Origin: Williopsis jadinii
Lineage: Eukaryota
NCBI GenBank assembly: GCA_024346625.1
Contig: AP024666.1
Coordinates: 1,860,001-1,924,000 of the forward strand
Length of the DNA: 64,000 bases
Reading direction: 5' to 3'
In this document: in pieces, positions 32,374-42,650 of the stretch
Layout of the letters: each line of letters begins with the position of its first letter
Numbering within the stretch: position 1 is the first letter of the stretch
The notes under the pieces: model-generated
What the model saw: only the letters and a program-made list of their open reading frames with translations
The model's database searches: none
Told to the model about the DNA's origin: nothing
Translations under genes and position numbers: made by a program

Positions 32374-33402
32374 CTATTGTGATTGTTGGTCCAGTTCTTG
32401 TAACTTTTCGTTGAGTAGACTTAGCCTTGTCACTAGATTCCAATGTGGGTCGTATACGTTGTTCAGCCTGTTGAGTCTTTCCAGTATCTGGGGTCTCACC
32501 TGCGTTTTCGTCGTCTCCAGCTTCCCGTTAAACCTCCATTTGGCACACAGTAACTTTCTTAGACGTGAGTACTTCAGCCTCTGCTGTTCCAATTGAGAGC
32601 TCTTTCTGGACACCTCCTCTCTTACTCTCAGTATTTCTCTTCTCAACGACTTCTTCTCGTTCTGTAAGTCCTGAATCTTGTAACTATAATGGTTGTTCAC
32701 CATGTTCAAATCTAATATGTCCAATAGGTGTTCAACCGTGGCTCCAATTAGAGCCTTACACCTGAAAGCACTGCTTGACTGTAAAAGATGGATAACAAGA
32801 TCAACACTGGTGAGTCTTGCACTTGAAGTTGGAAGTCTCGAGATCCTAACCTTCCCCTCGTCTCCGCTGCCATAGTCATCGTCATCGTCGTCACCGTCAC
32901 CGTCACCGTCACCGTCATTTTCGTCATCTTCGTCATAGTCATCACCATACACATCAGAATCGTCGCCGTCATACTTGGCGAGCCTTATCCTCTTCCTCTT
33001 CTTATTAGGAGATGCCCTCGCTGAAACGATAGACCTATTGCCGCTATTCAGGATGGGCTCAAACGTCGTCCTCGGCGTCCTCGGGTGCTCAACATTGACG
33101 TCCATGTCATCACCGTAATTGTTAAAATACGGGTCATCCATGTCCACACCAAACCTCCTATACATCAAGGGGCTGTTCATTTGACTCCGCTCCTCAGTAA
33201 TCAGTGCTCCAGGGTCTTGCGACACTGGTAGCCACTGCTTGGGAGTCTTTATAACAACATCATCGGTCTGCAATCGACGTGATCTTTAAAGCAAGCACAC
33301 ACACCGGCTGTTAGTATTCAACCTTCAGGAACAAAGCGTTTACGCGAGATCCCCATACCCAGCACCACGAGTCCTCTGCTCTTTCCTCTGCTCTCTGTCC
33401 AT
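32374..33402 (-). CDS. AME1: Inner kinetochore subunit Ame1/CENP-U, 2 exons (33402-33359, 33283-32374), 317 aa
   Basis: Intron GTATGG...TACTAAC...AAG yields the N-terminus MDREQRKEQRTRGAGSRRLQTDDVVIKTP, resembling Ame1 MDR...RG..SRR...KTP. C-terminal coiled coil; synteny with ERV14/15. Confidence 0.78.
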
Positions 33403-33777
33403 GCTGAAGCAGTTCAACCGGACAAATCAGATCAAAACAAATCAAAACATTCAACTTTATACCCTCCATCGCTTTGTTTACGTTTTCAGGCGGTTTGTGG
33501 CCTTGTGATTTTAACCCGTTGCGGCGGTAACATGGGTAACTGCAGTAACCACAGGTGGCCTCAGCCCATCGGATGTTCTTTCCCGATCAGGAAACTTATA
33601 GCGGAAAATCAAATCCAAATACCGATGAGGACATAAGTGCTGGACCGTGATGTATATATATATCAAAGACGAATTCCTTATCTCTTTCTCCGTTTCCCTC
33701 CTCAATGGCAACGAGCCAGGGCGAAATCTCCCAGAAATTATACACCATCCACGCACACACGCATTAAAGCATTCGAA

Positions 33778-33960
33778 ATGAGCTTGAAGGTTAACAGAAA
33801 GCAATCCCTCGTGGTTATTGGTGCTTCAGTTGCTGTTGCGATTGCAGGTTTCCTGGTGTACAAGACATTCCCTCATCTTGGTAGCAAACAGGAGGATGGA
33901 CAGGCAGAGGAGAAGGCGGAGCAGGCGGAGCAGGCGGAGGAAGAACAGCCTCCACAGTGA
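33778..33960 (+). CDS. Small (60 aa) single-pass membrane protein of unknown function
   Basis: AAA-preceded ATG downstream of a TATA-like run (about 33653); hydrophobic LVVIGASVAVAIAGFLVY followed by an acidic tail. Confidence 0.6.
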   Translation: MSLKVNRKQSLVVIGASVAVAIAGFLVYKTFPHLGSKQEDGQAEEKAEQAEQAEEEQPPQ

Positions 33961-34037
33961 TGAACGGGACGAAAAGGCGTGGGAGCTACATCTCTCTTGC
34001 TCAGGGCAGGCTATTATGTATTTAGGAAACACTAATT

Positions 34038-34895
34038 TTAAGCGGATGCACCAGAGATGAAGAACCACTTGTCGATGGACTTGTCAATTGGAGCATCCTT
34101 CAAATCCTCACCAGCTGGAACTGCGACAGAAGTAGAGAATGAATCAGTGCCGTCCAAAGTGGTGTTTGTCAATGCAATACCATCTGGGGAGGTTTGACCC
34201 TTGATCAACTTCTCCCAGGCCTCAGAACACTCACGGATGACTTCCTCAGCGTACTTCTTGTTCTTGGCCTCACCGGAGAATGCAAATTGGTTCTCTGGCT
34301 TTCCATCTGGGATCTTGTAGATTCTGAACCATTCGTTGGTGGCTCTCAACAAACCTGGCAAGTGACGTTCAACGTCCTCAATGTCGTTCAACTTTGGAGC
34401 CAATGGGTCGTTGACGTCAATGACAATCACCTTCCAGTCGGTCTCACCTTCGTCCAACAACGCCATGACACCAAGAACCTTCACTTGCTTGACTTGGCCG
34501 GTGTAACCAACAGCCTCACCAATCTCACAGACGTCCAATGGATCGTTATCACCCTTGGCCTTGGTCTCTGGGTGGGTCTGGTTTGGGTCTTCCCAGGTCT
34601 GTGGGAACGCACCATAGTTGTGGATGTAACCGTGGTGAGGGAACACGTTTCTGACAAATCTCAACTTACCCTTCTTGGTATCCTGGATAATTGGGTTCAA
34701 CTCTTGTTCCTTGGAGATCTCCAACTTAGCATTGGACCATCTTGGAATCTCAACAATCATGTTAAGGATCTGCTTGGATTCATCAGCGTAGAGCGGAATG
34801 TCGTGGAAAGCAGAGACTGGTTGACCATCCTTCTCAATGTACACCTTGTAGTCCAAGGTGTTCTTTGCACCGATTTGGCGAGTAGTGTAAGCCAT
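34038..34895 (-). CDS. IPP1: Cytosolic inorganic pyrophosphatase
   Basis: [10 protein letters not shown]-terminus, GDNDPLDV and DEGETDWK motifs; strongly biased codon usage. Confidence 0.97.
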   Translation of the reverse strand: MAYTTRQIGAKNTLDYKVYIEKDGQPVSAFHDIPLYADESKQILNMIVEIPRWSNAKLEISKEQELNPIIQDTKKGKLRFVRNVFPHHGYIHNYGAFPQTWEDPNQTHPETKAKGDNDPLDVCEIGEAVGYTGQVKQVKVLGVMALLDEGETDWKVIVIDVNDPLAPKLNDIEDVERHLPGLLRATNEWFRIYKIPDGKPENQFAFSGEAKNKKYAEEVIRECSEAWEKLIKGQTSPDGIALTNTTLDGTDSFSTSVAVPAGEDLKDAPIDKSIDKWFFISGASA

Positions 34896-35053
34896 CTGTG
34901 TAATCAATTGGTGTAGGGGAACAAGAAGAGGAAGAAGAAGGGAGGAAGGGGGAAGTTTTGTTGGGAAAAAGGTCATTTCGAAGGAGTGGAAAAAAGTGGT
35001 GGATGCCTCGATGGCGGACATCGTGGAGGAGACACCCGGACACCATACACAGG

Positions 35054-35114
35054 GTCACGTGACAGGGAGTGATATCACGTGCGATGAGCTAATGGTCACG
35101 TGCACAGTCACGTG
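35054..35114. promoter_or_regulatory. Cluster of four RTCACGTG E-boxes plus a PAC motif upstream of IPP1
   Basis: RTCACGTG at 35054, 35074, 35095 and 35107; GCGATGAG at 35081-35088. Confidence 0.7.
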
Positions 35115-35156
35115 GCACTACAAAGTGGTGATGGTAAGCTGTAATTATAGAGCCAG

Positions 35157-36194
35157 TTATAGAACCATATAGCACAATCCAAGCACCAAAGTACACAGTA
35201 GCACCCGTCCCAGTGTAGTCCGAGTCAACCAGAGCGATATCCAAACGACAAAATCGCCAATCAGCCTGAGAATGGCATCGAGTTGAACTGTTGTGCTTAA
35301 CGACATATCAACGACTTCACCAGCTTGTGATGTTATTTGACCTCTTGTAGAGACAGCCTCGGCTGGTAGTTGATCGACTGTTAGATCCAAATACACTGCG
35401 TGGTGGTCAGATGTCAGCACAAGAGCAGATTGGTACTCAGATTTAACAATCCGTGGGTATTTCAAGAAGAGGATACGATCACACCATGATGGGATTCTCT
35501 TCTTGTTGTAGGTGTCTGTTCCAATGTTGAACTTATAAGTAGGTTTGAAAGCAATGGCACATTCGTCGAACCCAGGGAAGCACTCTCCACGGCTCATGCT
35601 TGGAATCAGCTCGTCATTGCTGAGCAAGGCATCTCCCGGCCGTGACCTAAAGTTCAAATCTCCCATAAAGAAGACATGCGACTGGGGTCTAAGAACAGAC
35701 CATCCATCACCGAATTGTAGCCCCCTCAACACCTTTGTCGAGTCTTGGATACGTCTCGCCAGTTGGCCCTCATTGGCACTCAGATGTGCCGTGACAAAGG
35801 TGTAGTACTGGTGGTTGTACTTGATGCGGAGGCCACATCCACCCTTCAGCGATGAGTACATCAGTCCACAGGTGGTCGAGGCCTCAAGCACACTCTCCAT
35901 TGGACCTACGCTCAGCACAAAGCTCCCAATAGCACCCACAGAGCTGTTCATGCTCTTGAAGACTTCAATGCCATACTTCTCCTCGATCGTCGTCGCAATC
36001 AGAGCCTTCAGCTGGCTCAGCTCTTCATCAACAACGCCAGGGGTCAGCGAGGGCAGAAGCTCCACGAGCTCCTGGAACCCAAATACGAACAGGTCAGGCG
36101 ACTCCTCAGGAAGACTTCTTCCAACGGCATCTGCTATTGACCTCAGTTGAGAGGCCTTTGCACAGTTCAGCGTGAATAGGAATATGTGAGCCAT
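35157..36194 (-). CDS. INP54: Tail-anchored inositol polyphosphate 5-phosphatase
   Basis: FGFQE, AHLSANEG, FMGDLNFR, PTYKF, PSWCDRIL and SDHHAV motifs; C-terminal TM. Confidence 0.88.
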   Translation of the reverse strand: MAHIFLFTLNCAKASQLRSIADAVGRSLPEESPDLFVFGFQELVELLPSLTPGVVDEELSQLKALIATTIEEKYGIEVFKSMNSSVGAIGSFVLSVGPMESVLEASTTCGLMYSSLKGGCGLRIKYNHQYYTFVTAHLSANEGQLARRIQDSTKVLRGLQFGDGWSVLRPQSHVFFMGDLNFRSRPGDALLSNDELIPSMSRGECFPGFDECAIAFKPTYKFNIGTDTYNKKRIPSWCDRILFLKYPRIVKSEYQSALVLTSDHHAVYLDLTVDQLPAEAVSTRGQITSQAGEVVDMSLSTTVQLDAILRLIGDFVVWISLWLTRTTLGRVLLCTLVLGLCYMVL

Positions 36195-36278
36195 TTGCTT
36201 CTTATACGCCTTTTCCCCAGCAATTGCGTATAAGGCATAAATCATTATCGCACGGGGATTATGTTTTTTCCATTAGAA

Positions 36279-38119
36279 TTAGAATGATACTAATAAAAAT
36301 AGCAACTCCCCTTCAAATTTTCCCAAAGTGTATCACAATGTAGCTCTTACCCGAATTAAGAGATGGATAAAGTATGAACATATGATCTTTCATGGTTTCT
36401 GAGACATAACTATTCATAGTTTGTATGGTATAATCAAGGAAAACACATAGATTTGCTTATCTGTCAACAACGAAACAAAATTTGGGAGAACTGGAACTGT
36501 CATACCATATAACTGATCTACATTGTCATATATACTGACTTTTAACTTGATTGGATCAGTAGTGTTTCCAAAATGGTCCACACCATATGTGTTCTTATAT
36601 ATAATTCTGGCTCCTCGTTGCCCTAGCAATCGTAAAAATGTAAGGATGTTTCCAATTCTGGCATTGTTTACATTTTGAATTCTTATCAACACAGAAATGA
36701 CACAAAACAAATACAGCTTTATACACAACATTAAAAACATCACCAAACAATGACCATAAACAAAGGATTAAGCAGGTAAATAAGAACGGCTGGAGGACAA
36801 CCAAGGAAGCGCCGGAGAACTCTCATTGGAACCTTCCAACGATGGCCTTAGCTTGGTGAAGAAACATCAGCGGCTAATCCAGAACCACAGCGGCAAGTTC
36901 AAACTAATGGAGGCACGACAAAACAAGAAGACTCGGTAATTATTGAGATAGGCTAACTGAGATGGTATGAGAAGAGGGTATGGAGCGAAGAAACCTCCAA
37001 GGTCTGTAACAGAATACCCGTGCAGAGATCACAGATGTACCACGACAGCCGCCATTAACTGAACCTGAACCTGAACTTGATAATGAAACTATGCCTGATA
37101 TAATGAGAGGTAGACGAAGAAACAAGGCAGAGGTGACAGATAGAGGATTAGAAGAAATTAGATGTGATGGTGTTTTTGATTATGATCCCTGCTTTGAACA
37201 CATCATCGAGGATGACACCGACGGTTTTAAGGAGAATGATGATCCAGTTTATGAACAACAGCAAGAGCGAAGACCATGGAGAGCACATAACTTGGAGTTA
37301 AATCCAGGTTGCCTTGAAAAGTGTTGTGATTATTGCCATGGTCTTCTTATCGATACTGAATGACCATCTTTTTGTTGTGATGGGGGAAAAGTTTTACTCT
37401 GTGACATATTCAAAGAGCCTCCACAGTACATGAAGGATATATTATTGGATCCAATCACTTCCAAATATTCTCGAACAATCAATACAGTTCTTTTGATATC
37501 ATCCTTGGGTTCTAACAGCACCGGTGATTCGAGAAATGGAACTTATTCAATCACATCAACGGACGTTTATTCCATAGAGTTGATGGCATGATAGCTCAAG
37601 AAAATGGCCAAGAGAAGTTTACAGTGATTTTTACACTAGATCCAGGATTAGCTACAAATCGTCATCTTGAATTGCTTAGAGGTGTTCTTCGAAATGATGA
37701 AGAATATGATAAACTTGAGGACTACATTAGCAAAATTGGTGAATTCCTCTCTCAAAACAATCGTTATGCACAGCTGTTATATACCGCTAGAAAATGGGTC
37801 GACAGGAAATTACAGAGATGGGATTGGCAAGAGATGAGACCATTGTTGAATTTACCAATATTGAACCAACGGCACGAAAAAATGCAGAACATTGTCCTTC
37901 TTTATTACCAGAGGCTAATGTGTTTGCCGTGGTGCGCAGAAGCAATAACAGCAGTACAGACTTCAATTTCAGTGTAAGGGAAAGGTCTACAGGTCGCTTT
38001 ACTTTTATGAATACTCTGTGCAAGAGTGATTTTTGATCTTTGAGATGTCCTCTTTCAATTCATAAAGTGCTAGATGGATCTTTTTCATACTAACAGGACT
38101 CAGATTAGTATCATTCTAA
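36279..38119 (+). mobile_element. Degenerate Helitron-like (rolling-circle) element fragment bounded by a 16-bp inverted repeat
   Basis: Read-through translation of 37300-38090 gives CDYCHGLLIDTE*PSFCCDGGKVLL...PP...SSLG...GTYSI/HINGRLFH...IFTLDP...NNRYAQL...*SLRCPL...DG, matching the N-terminal (pre-Rep) region of Helitron RepHel proteins. TTAGAATGATACTAAT at 36279-36294 has its reverse complement at 38104-38119. Confidence 0.65.
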
Positions 38120-38282
38120 CAGGTCCACACCATACACACATTTGCAACTACACATACGAAATCTCACGCTACAGTTTTACAAAACTTTTTTAAGCGTTGG
38201 TTTCGTTACTTTCAAAAATCATCATCATCCTATTAAACGAAGGACCAGGCATTAAAGTCAACACCCGACGGGCCGCGCAGCG

Positions 38283-38380
38283 CAAGTTGATCGTGAAGGT
38301 ACCGGTGATTCGGGATTTACCAGAGCCTTAGCGAAGGTCCAGATCGCGTTCACTGTACCGAAGCACTACAGATCAACTTG
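38283..38380 (+). other. ~98-nt imperfect hairpin
   Basis: Nested pairs CAAGTTGATC/GATCAACTTG, GTG/CAC, GGTAC/GTACC, GGTGA/TCACT, GATTT/AGATC and CCTT-AGCG-AAGG. Confidence 0.6.
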
Positions 38381-38414
38381 TACTCATACTATATCTTTAT
38401 CAAATTACAGGGAC

Positions 38415-39797
38415 CTAAATGATACGAACTACTCCATATACAACTCCAAACACTGCGACGCCGAGAGACAACAGCAGGATCCTTGTCTTGAGTATCTCCT
38501 CGTCGATATCCCTCTTCATAGGCTCATCCAGCTGTAATCTCTTCACAACCTGTGTTCTGATGGAGGTAGTCTGAGGAGTGATGCCCTTTGGGACGTAGTG
38601 GGGATACATGCCATCGAGGAACTGCTCAATCTTACCAATGGTGATGCCCAGTCTCAGGTAGTTTGGGTCTGAAGGGTGGGACTTGTGGTGGATCTTTCTC
38701 AAATAACGTCTGAAGATTCTGGCACAGCCTTCTAAGGTTCTGCTCTCCAATATCAAAGACACGGTGGTTCCCTTTCTGATCTTTACATGCTGTGTGAGCA
38801 CCTGAGGGTTCTGGAAGACGAGCTCGAGGGTAGCAATGGCCATGACTTGCGGAATGGCACAGAAGTTGAAGCTTGTCTGTTCTTCAACCAATGCTAGGTA
38901 CTGTAGCACGTCAATGACATGGTCCAGAGCATTGCACACAAGCTCAGAGATACACCACAGCCCTTGGGATTGGTTCTCTGGTTTCATGAAGTCGGACAGC
39001 TCATTGGCGTACTTCCCCCAGATCTCCTTTGGCCAGAATGCACGGCCGTCAACCTGGTCTTCTTCATAGTCTCTGATGATGTTGGTCTTTTGCAAGAACA
39101 ACCCCATGGATTTGAACAGCTGCTTGTTCGACGACAGTTCAGAGTTGCCGAATTTGGCCAGAACGATGAGCTGGGTCAGGCCGTCGCCCACCAGCCCGGC
39201 AACGTAATAGCAGTACAAGTCGTAATCCTCGATGGTCAACAGCCCGTTGCTGTTGAAGTTCTCATTCTCGATGTAGTCAGCCATACCGTTGCCCATCTTC
39301 TCGGTGATCTCCTTTATAACCTTCTGATATTGAGGCTTCAGTTCATGGTACTGGCCCAAGATACGGTCAAACTCCACAAGAACACATCTGTCCTTCTCAT
39401 TTGGCGAGTTGCCGTCAAACGTCCAGTCCTTTGTGTCGAGCTTCTCGTGGAATTGTCTCAGCACGGGGAGTTTGACACTGTTTTCAATGCTCATGTCATC
39501 TTCAACAGTGTCCAGTGCCCTCAACACCAAGTAGAACACCATAATCACGTTACGCAGCTCAGGGTGCAGTTCCTCGATCACAGCAGCAAATGAGCGCGAC
39601 GTCAAGTTCAACAGTTCATAACAACGGATCAACTCAGCTGATTCCGTGGCTGGATTACGAGCATTCTCGTTCTTTCTGAACAGCTTACTACACACCAGGT
39701 CAGTAACATGGGCACGAAAGCACAATCAGATCACATACAATTGGACGATAGACGCCAATTCATCGGGATGAAGAGCCAATTGGAGTAATTTACCCAT
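38415..39797 (-). CDS. ERG9: Squalene synthase, 2 exons (39797-39739, 39687-38415), 443 aa
   Basis: [29 protein letters not shown] and [14 protein letters not shown] motifs; C-terminal TM. Intron 39738-39688 is GTATGT...TACTGAC...TAG. Confidence 0.97.
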
Positions 39798-40001
39798 TCT
39801 CGTTTCAACGGAAGGTGCTCTTTCGTGTATTTTACCACCGTGCTGATGTGTTTTATCAAACGATTCGTCTGAACAAAATTTGGAAAACTCGTTCAGAGGT
39901 CGGCGCTGCTTATCCCTTTATTTCCGGTTTAGGAAATACATCGCGCCAAACGAGAAAAATTCGGTGAAAAATTGGCGAAGCAGCGGGTTTGTTTTTCGCT
40001 C

Positions 40002-40008
40002 TATACGA
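40002..40008 (-). promoter_or_regulatory. Sterol regulatory element TCGTATA (Upc2/Ecm22 type) upstream of ERG9
   Basis: tatacga on the + strand, about 205 bp upstream of the ERG9 ATG. Confidence 0.6.
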
Positions 40009-40099
40009 GCGTAATTACCCGATCTGGAAAACTCGAGCCATTATTGCGCCAAAATTGGATCTCAGTCATATAACACGATATGGGATGTTATGCCTCTAT

Positions 40100-41020
40100 T
40101 TAACAGTTACAATCACCATTCACACCTCCAATTGAGTTGCTCCAGTATTGGCCATATCCAATTGTACTGTCAATTGAGCCGGAAATGCACCCGTTGAACT
40201 CCGCTGACTCCTGTGCTGCTGATAAACGGGTTCTATAGGCACTGAGGTAATCATCGTCAACTTCCTTCTTTACGAAGCTTGACAGGGTACACCACTCCGT
40301 GCTTAGCCCGTTCGTTGGCTCAAAGGAGCCATTGTTCCAGTGTGCGCTGGACACGGCTTCCAGCAAGCCCAATGGGCCAAAGATGGCACTAAGCACCAAA
40401 CTATGGAACCCATCTGTGTGTACTGCATAGAATGCATCGAACAACACATTCCTATAACCCCTTGAGCCCTCTGTATTGTCAAACAGTACCAGCTGCTGCA
40501 CAGATTCGTAGCCATACTTTTGAAACTCCAGTTGTAACGTTTCGTCGTCCAGGTGATAAACACTATTCTTTGGAATGACACCAAAGCCAATGACAATGTG
40601 CTCTGCAACCTCTGCAGGAATCAGGAAGTCGATAAAATCGATCAATTCAACGGCTCCAATCTTGTTGATGTTCATTGACTGACGCTTTGTGCTCCCAGGG
40701 CCTGGTGGAGTCACCGGACGGGTCGAATTATGTGCAATTATGAGCACAACTTTGATCATTGTGATCTTTACTGCAGTGACAAAGCCAAACATGCAGAAGA
40801 AGCAATCAAGGGTAATTGCAGGAATCAACATGATTCCTCTGGATGACAGCATCTTTTCCAACGCTCTCGCACAGAACTCTGTAGCAAAACTGAGGAATAG
40901 CGTCTGATAAGCATCCAAAGTTCTAACAACCACGTTATCGAAGAAAGATGCTTGGGACGTTACTCTGTCAAGGGCCTCCCTGGTCGAGACAATACGTGTA
41001 TCGTTTGCAAGAACGGACAT
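40100..41020 (-). CDS. Uncharacterised 306-aa protein, possibly a killer-toxin-like (KHS1/K2-type) precursor
   Basis: Intact ORF; internal hydrophobic Cys-containing stretch, Pro/Gly linker ending in KR, Cys-rich C-terminus GQYWSNSIGGVNGDCNC; TATA-like sequence upstream. Family call is tentative. Confidence 0.55.
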   Translation of the reverse strand: MSVLANDTRIVSTREALDRVTSQASFFDNVVVRTLDAYQTLFLSFATEFCARALEKMLSSRGIMLIPAITLDCFFCMFGFVTAVKITMIKVVLIIAHNSTRPVTPPGPGSTKRQSMNINKIGAVELIDFIDFLIPAEVAEHIVIGFGVIPKNSVYHLDDETLQLEFQKYGYESVQQLVLFDNTEGSRGYRNVLFDAFYAVHTDGFHSLVLSAIFGPLGLLEAVSSAHWNNGSFEPTNGLSTEWCTLSSFVKKEVDDDYLSAYRTRLSAAQESAEFNGCISGSIDSTIGYGQYWSNSIGGVNGDCNC

Positions 41021-41471
41021 ACTCTGACGGTTACTAATGATATAGTGAGAGAAGAGCGTAGTGGATAAAGAGAAAAGCTGATTGGGATGTTTATATACGT
41101 TCAGCGAGAGAAAGCTCTCATGTTGAAAGAGACAACGGGCGCATTAGAGAGGAATTATATATAGTAATTACTGACAAATGAGCCAATCAAAGGACATATC
41201 ACGACACTGGGGGGACACCACACACGATAAACGGCCTGAAATAGGCTCCTCGGTGAACAGCACGGTAACACAGCTTCTGTTGAAGAGAGCAGAAGCGTTT
41301 TAAACAAGGAGGATAAAGCTAACAGTATATAGTTAATCGTTGCCGGGACAACCAGTCTACCGAGAACGTAAGCCCTGCCCTGATTACGTAAGCTTAACTC
41401 CGAACGCGTCCGTTAAGTCCGCACACACACACCTGTACACCTGCACACCCGGCTTAGCTTCACCAACTAAT

Positions 41472-41490
41472 ACGTGTCTTCAAGACACGT
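41472..41490. promoter_or_regulatory. Palindromic double ACGTGTC element (Hac1/UPRE-like) upstream of the PDI gene
   Basis: ACGTGTCTT-C-AAGACACGT perfect 9-bp inverted repeat about 100 bp upstream of the ATG. Confidence 0.55.
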
Positions 41491-41586
41491 TGGTTTCATC
41501 GCCGAAGAACACTACAATCCACCCTCTGGTGCTGTTTTGATCCAATCTCGAAGCCCTGCTGAAGATATAAGACTACGAGCATCACT

Positions 41587-42642
41587 ATGAAGCTTTCAAT
41601 TGGTGTTTTAATTGCTGGGTTAGCGTCTCTAGCAACTGCTGAAGTTATCGACTTGACAAGCGATAACTTTGATCAAGTTGTCTACGAGAGTGGAAAGGAC
41701 ACACTTGTCGAGTTCTACGCCAGCTGGTGTGGTCACTGTAAGAGTCTGGCACCGAAGTATGAGAAGCTGGGTGAAACTTACCAAAACTCTGACGTCCAGA
41801 TTGCCAAAATTGAGTGTGAAGCGAATAGAGTCATTTGTTCTCAATTTGGCATCCAAGGGTTCCCTACTCTGAAGCTGTTTAGAAAGGACTTGAGTGACCC
41901 TGTTGACTATTCAGGAGACAGAGAGCACGATGCGCTTGTGAAGTTCATCGGCGAAAACACCCACGAATATGTCTACATCCCTGAGATCAAGAGCGATATC
42001 GTCCAAGTGTCCGATTTGGACTTTGACGAAGTGTTGTTACAGAGTGGTAAGGACGTTTACGTTGTGTTTACAGCGTCCTGGTGTGGACACTGTAAGAACT
42101 TACACCCTGAGTGGGAGAAGTTGGCTACCATTTTCAAAGATGATGATGACATTATCATTGCCGAGGTGTCCACCACTGACGGTCCAGCAAAGGAGCTTCA
42201 GGCGAGATACGAGGTTCCAGGTTTCCCAACCATTCTTACTTTCAAGAAGAACAACCCGGAGGTCATTCCATTTGGCAGTTATAGAAGTATTGACGGGCTG
42301 GTTAACTGGGTCAACGAAGTCTCCGGTACACACAGAACCGTTGATGGTACTCTTGATGAGCAAGCTGGTCGTTTTGACAAATTGGATGCAAAGGTGAAGG
42401 AGCTGTTGCAACTGGAGGGTGAAGAACAACAGGCTGTGATCAAGTCTGTTGTTGATTCCTTGGAAGCAGGCCAAGAGTATTATAAGAAGCTGTTGAACAA
42501 GTTGCTCAATGGTGAGGAGGCCTTCTTTTCAAAGGAATTCACAAGATTGGAGAAGATGTTTGCCAAACGTGACAGTTTAGCCAAACAACAAGTTGATTCC
42601 CTTAGAAAGAGATTGAACGTGTTGAGCGTGTTCGTTGAATAG
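41587..42642 (+). CDS. Protein disulfide isomerase, ERp38/TigA type (two thioredoxin domains plus ERp29-like C-terminal domain)
   Basis: Signal peptide, two WCGHC motifs, helical C-terminal domain, no HDEL. Confidence 0.9.
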   Translation: MKLSIGVLIAGLASLATAEVIDLTSDNFDQVVYESGKDTLVEFYASWCGHCKSLAPKYEKLGETYQNSDVQIAKIECEANRVICSQFGIQGFPTLKLFRKDLSDPVDYSGDREHDALVKFIGENTHEYVYIPEIKSDIVQVSDLDFDEVLLQSGKDVYVVFTASWCGHCKNLHPEWEKLATIFKDDDDIIIAEVSTTDGPAKELQARYEVPGFPTILTFKKNNPEVIPFGSYRSIDGLVNWVNEVSGTHRTVDGTLDEQAGRFDKLDAKVKELLQLEGEEQQAVIKSVVDSLEAGQEYYKKLLNKLLNGEEAFFSKEFTRLEKMFAKRDSLAKQQVDSLRKRLNVLSVFVE

Positions 42643-42650
42643 ATGATCGA

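Noticed and set aside
34194..34916. 240-aa ORF antisense to IPP1 (similarly 38919-39593 opposite ERG9 and 2407-3264 opposite RTG2)
   Set aside because: Shadow ORFs produced by codon bias of the real genes; no recognisable motifs.
35054..35114. Point centromere (CDEI-like RTCACGTG)
   Set aside because: No AT-rich CDEII or CDEIII follows; the sites lie in a tight promoter.
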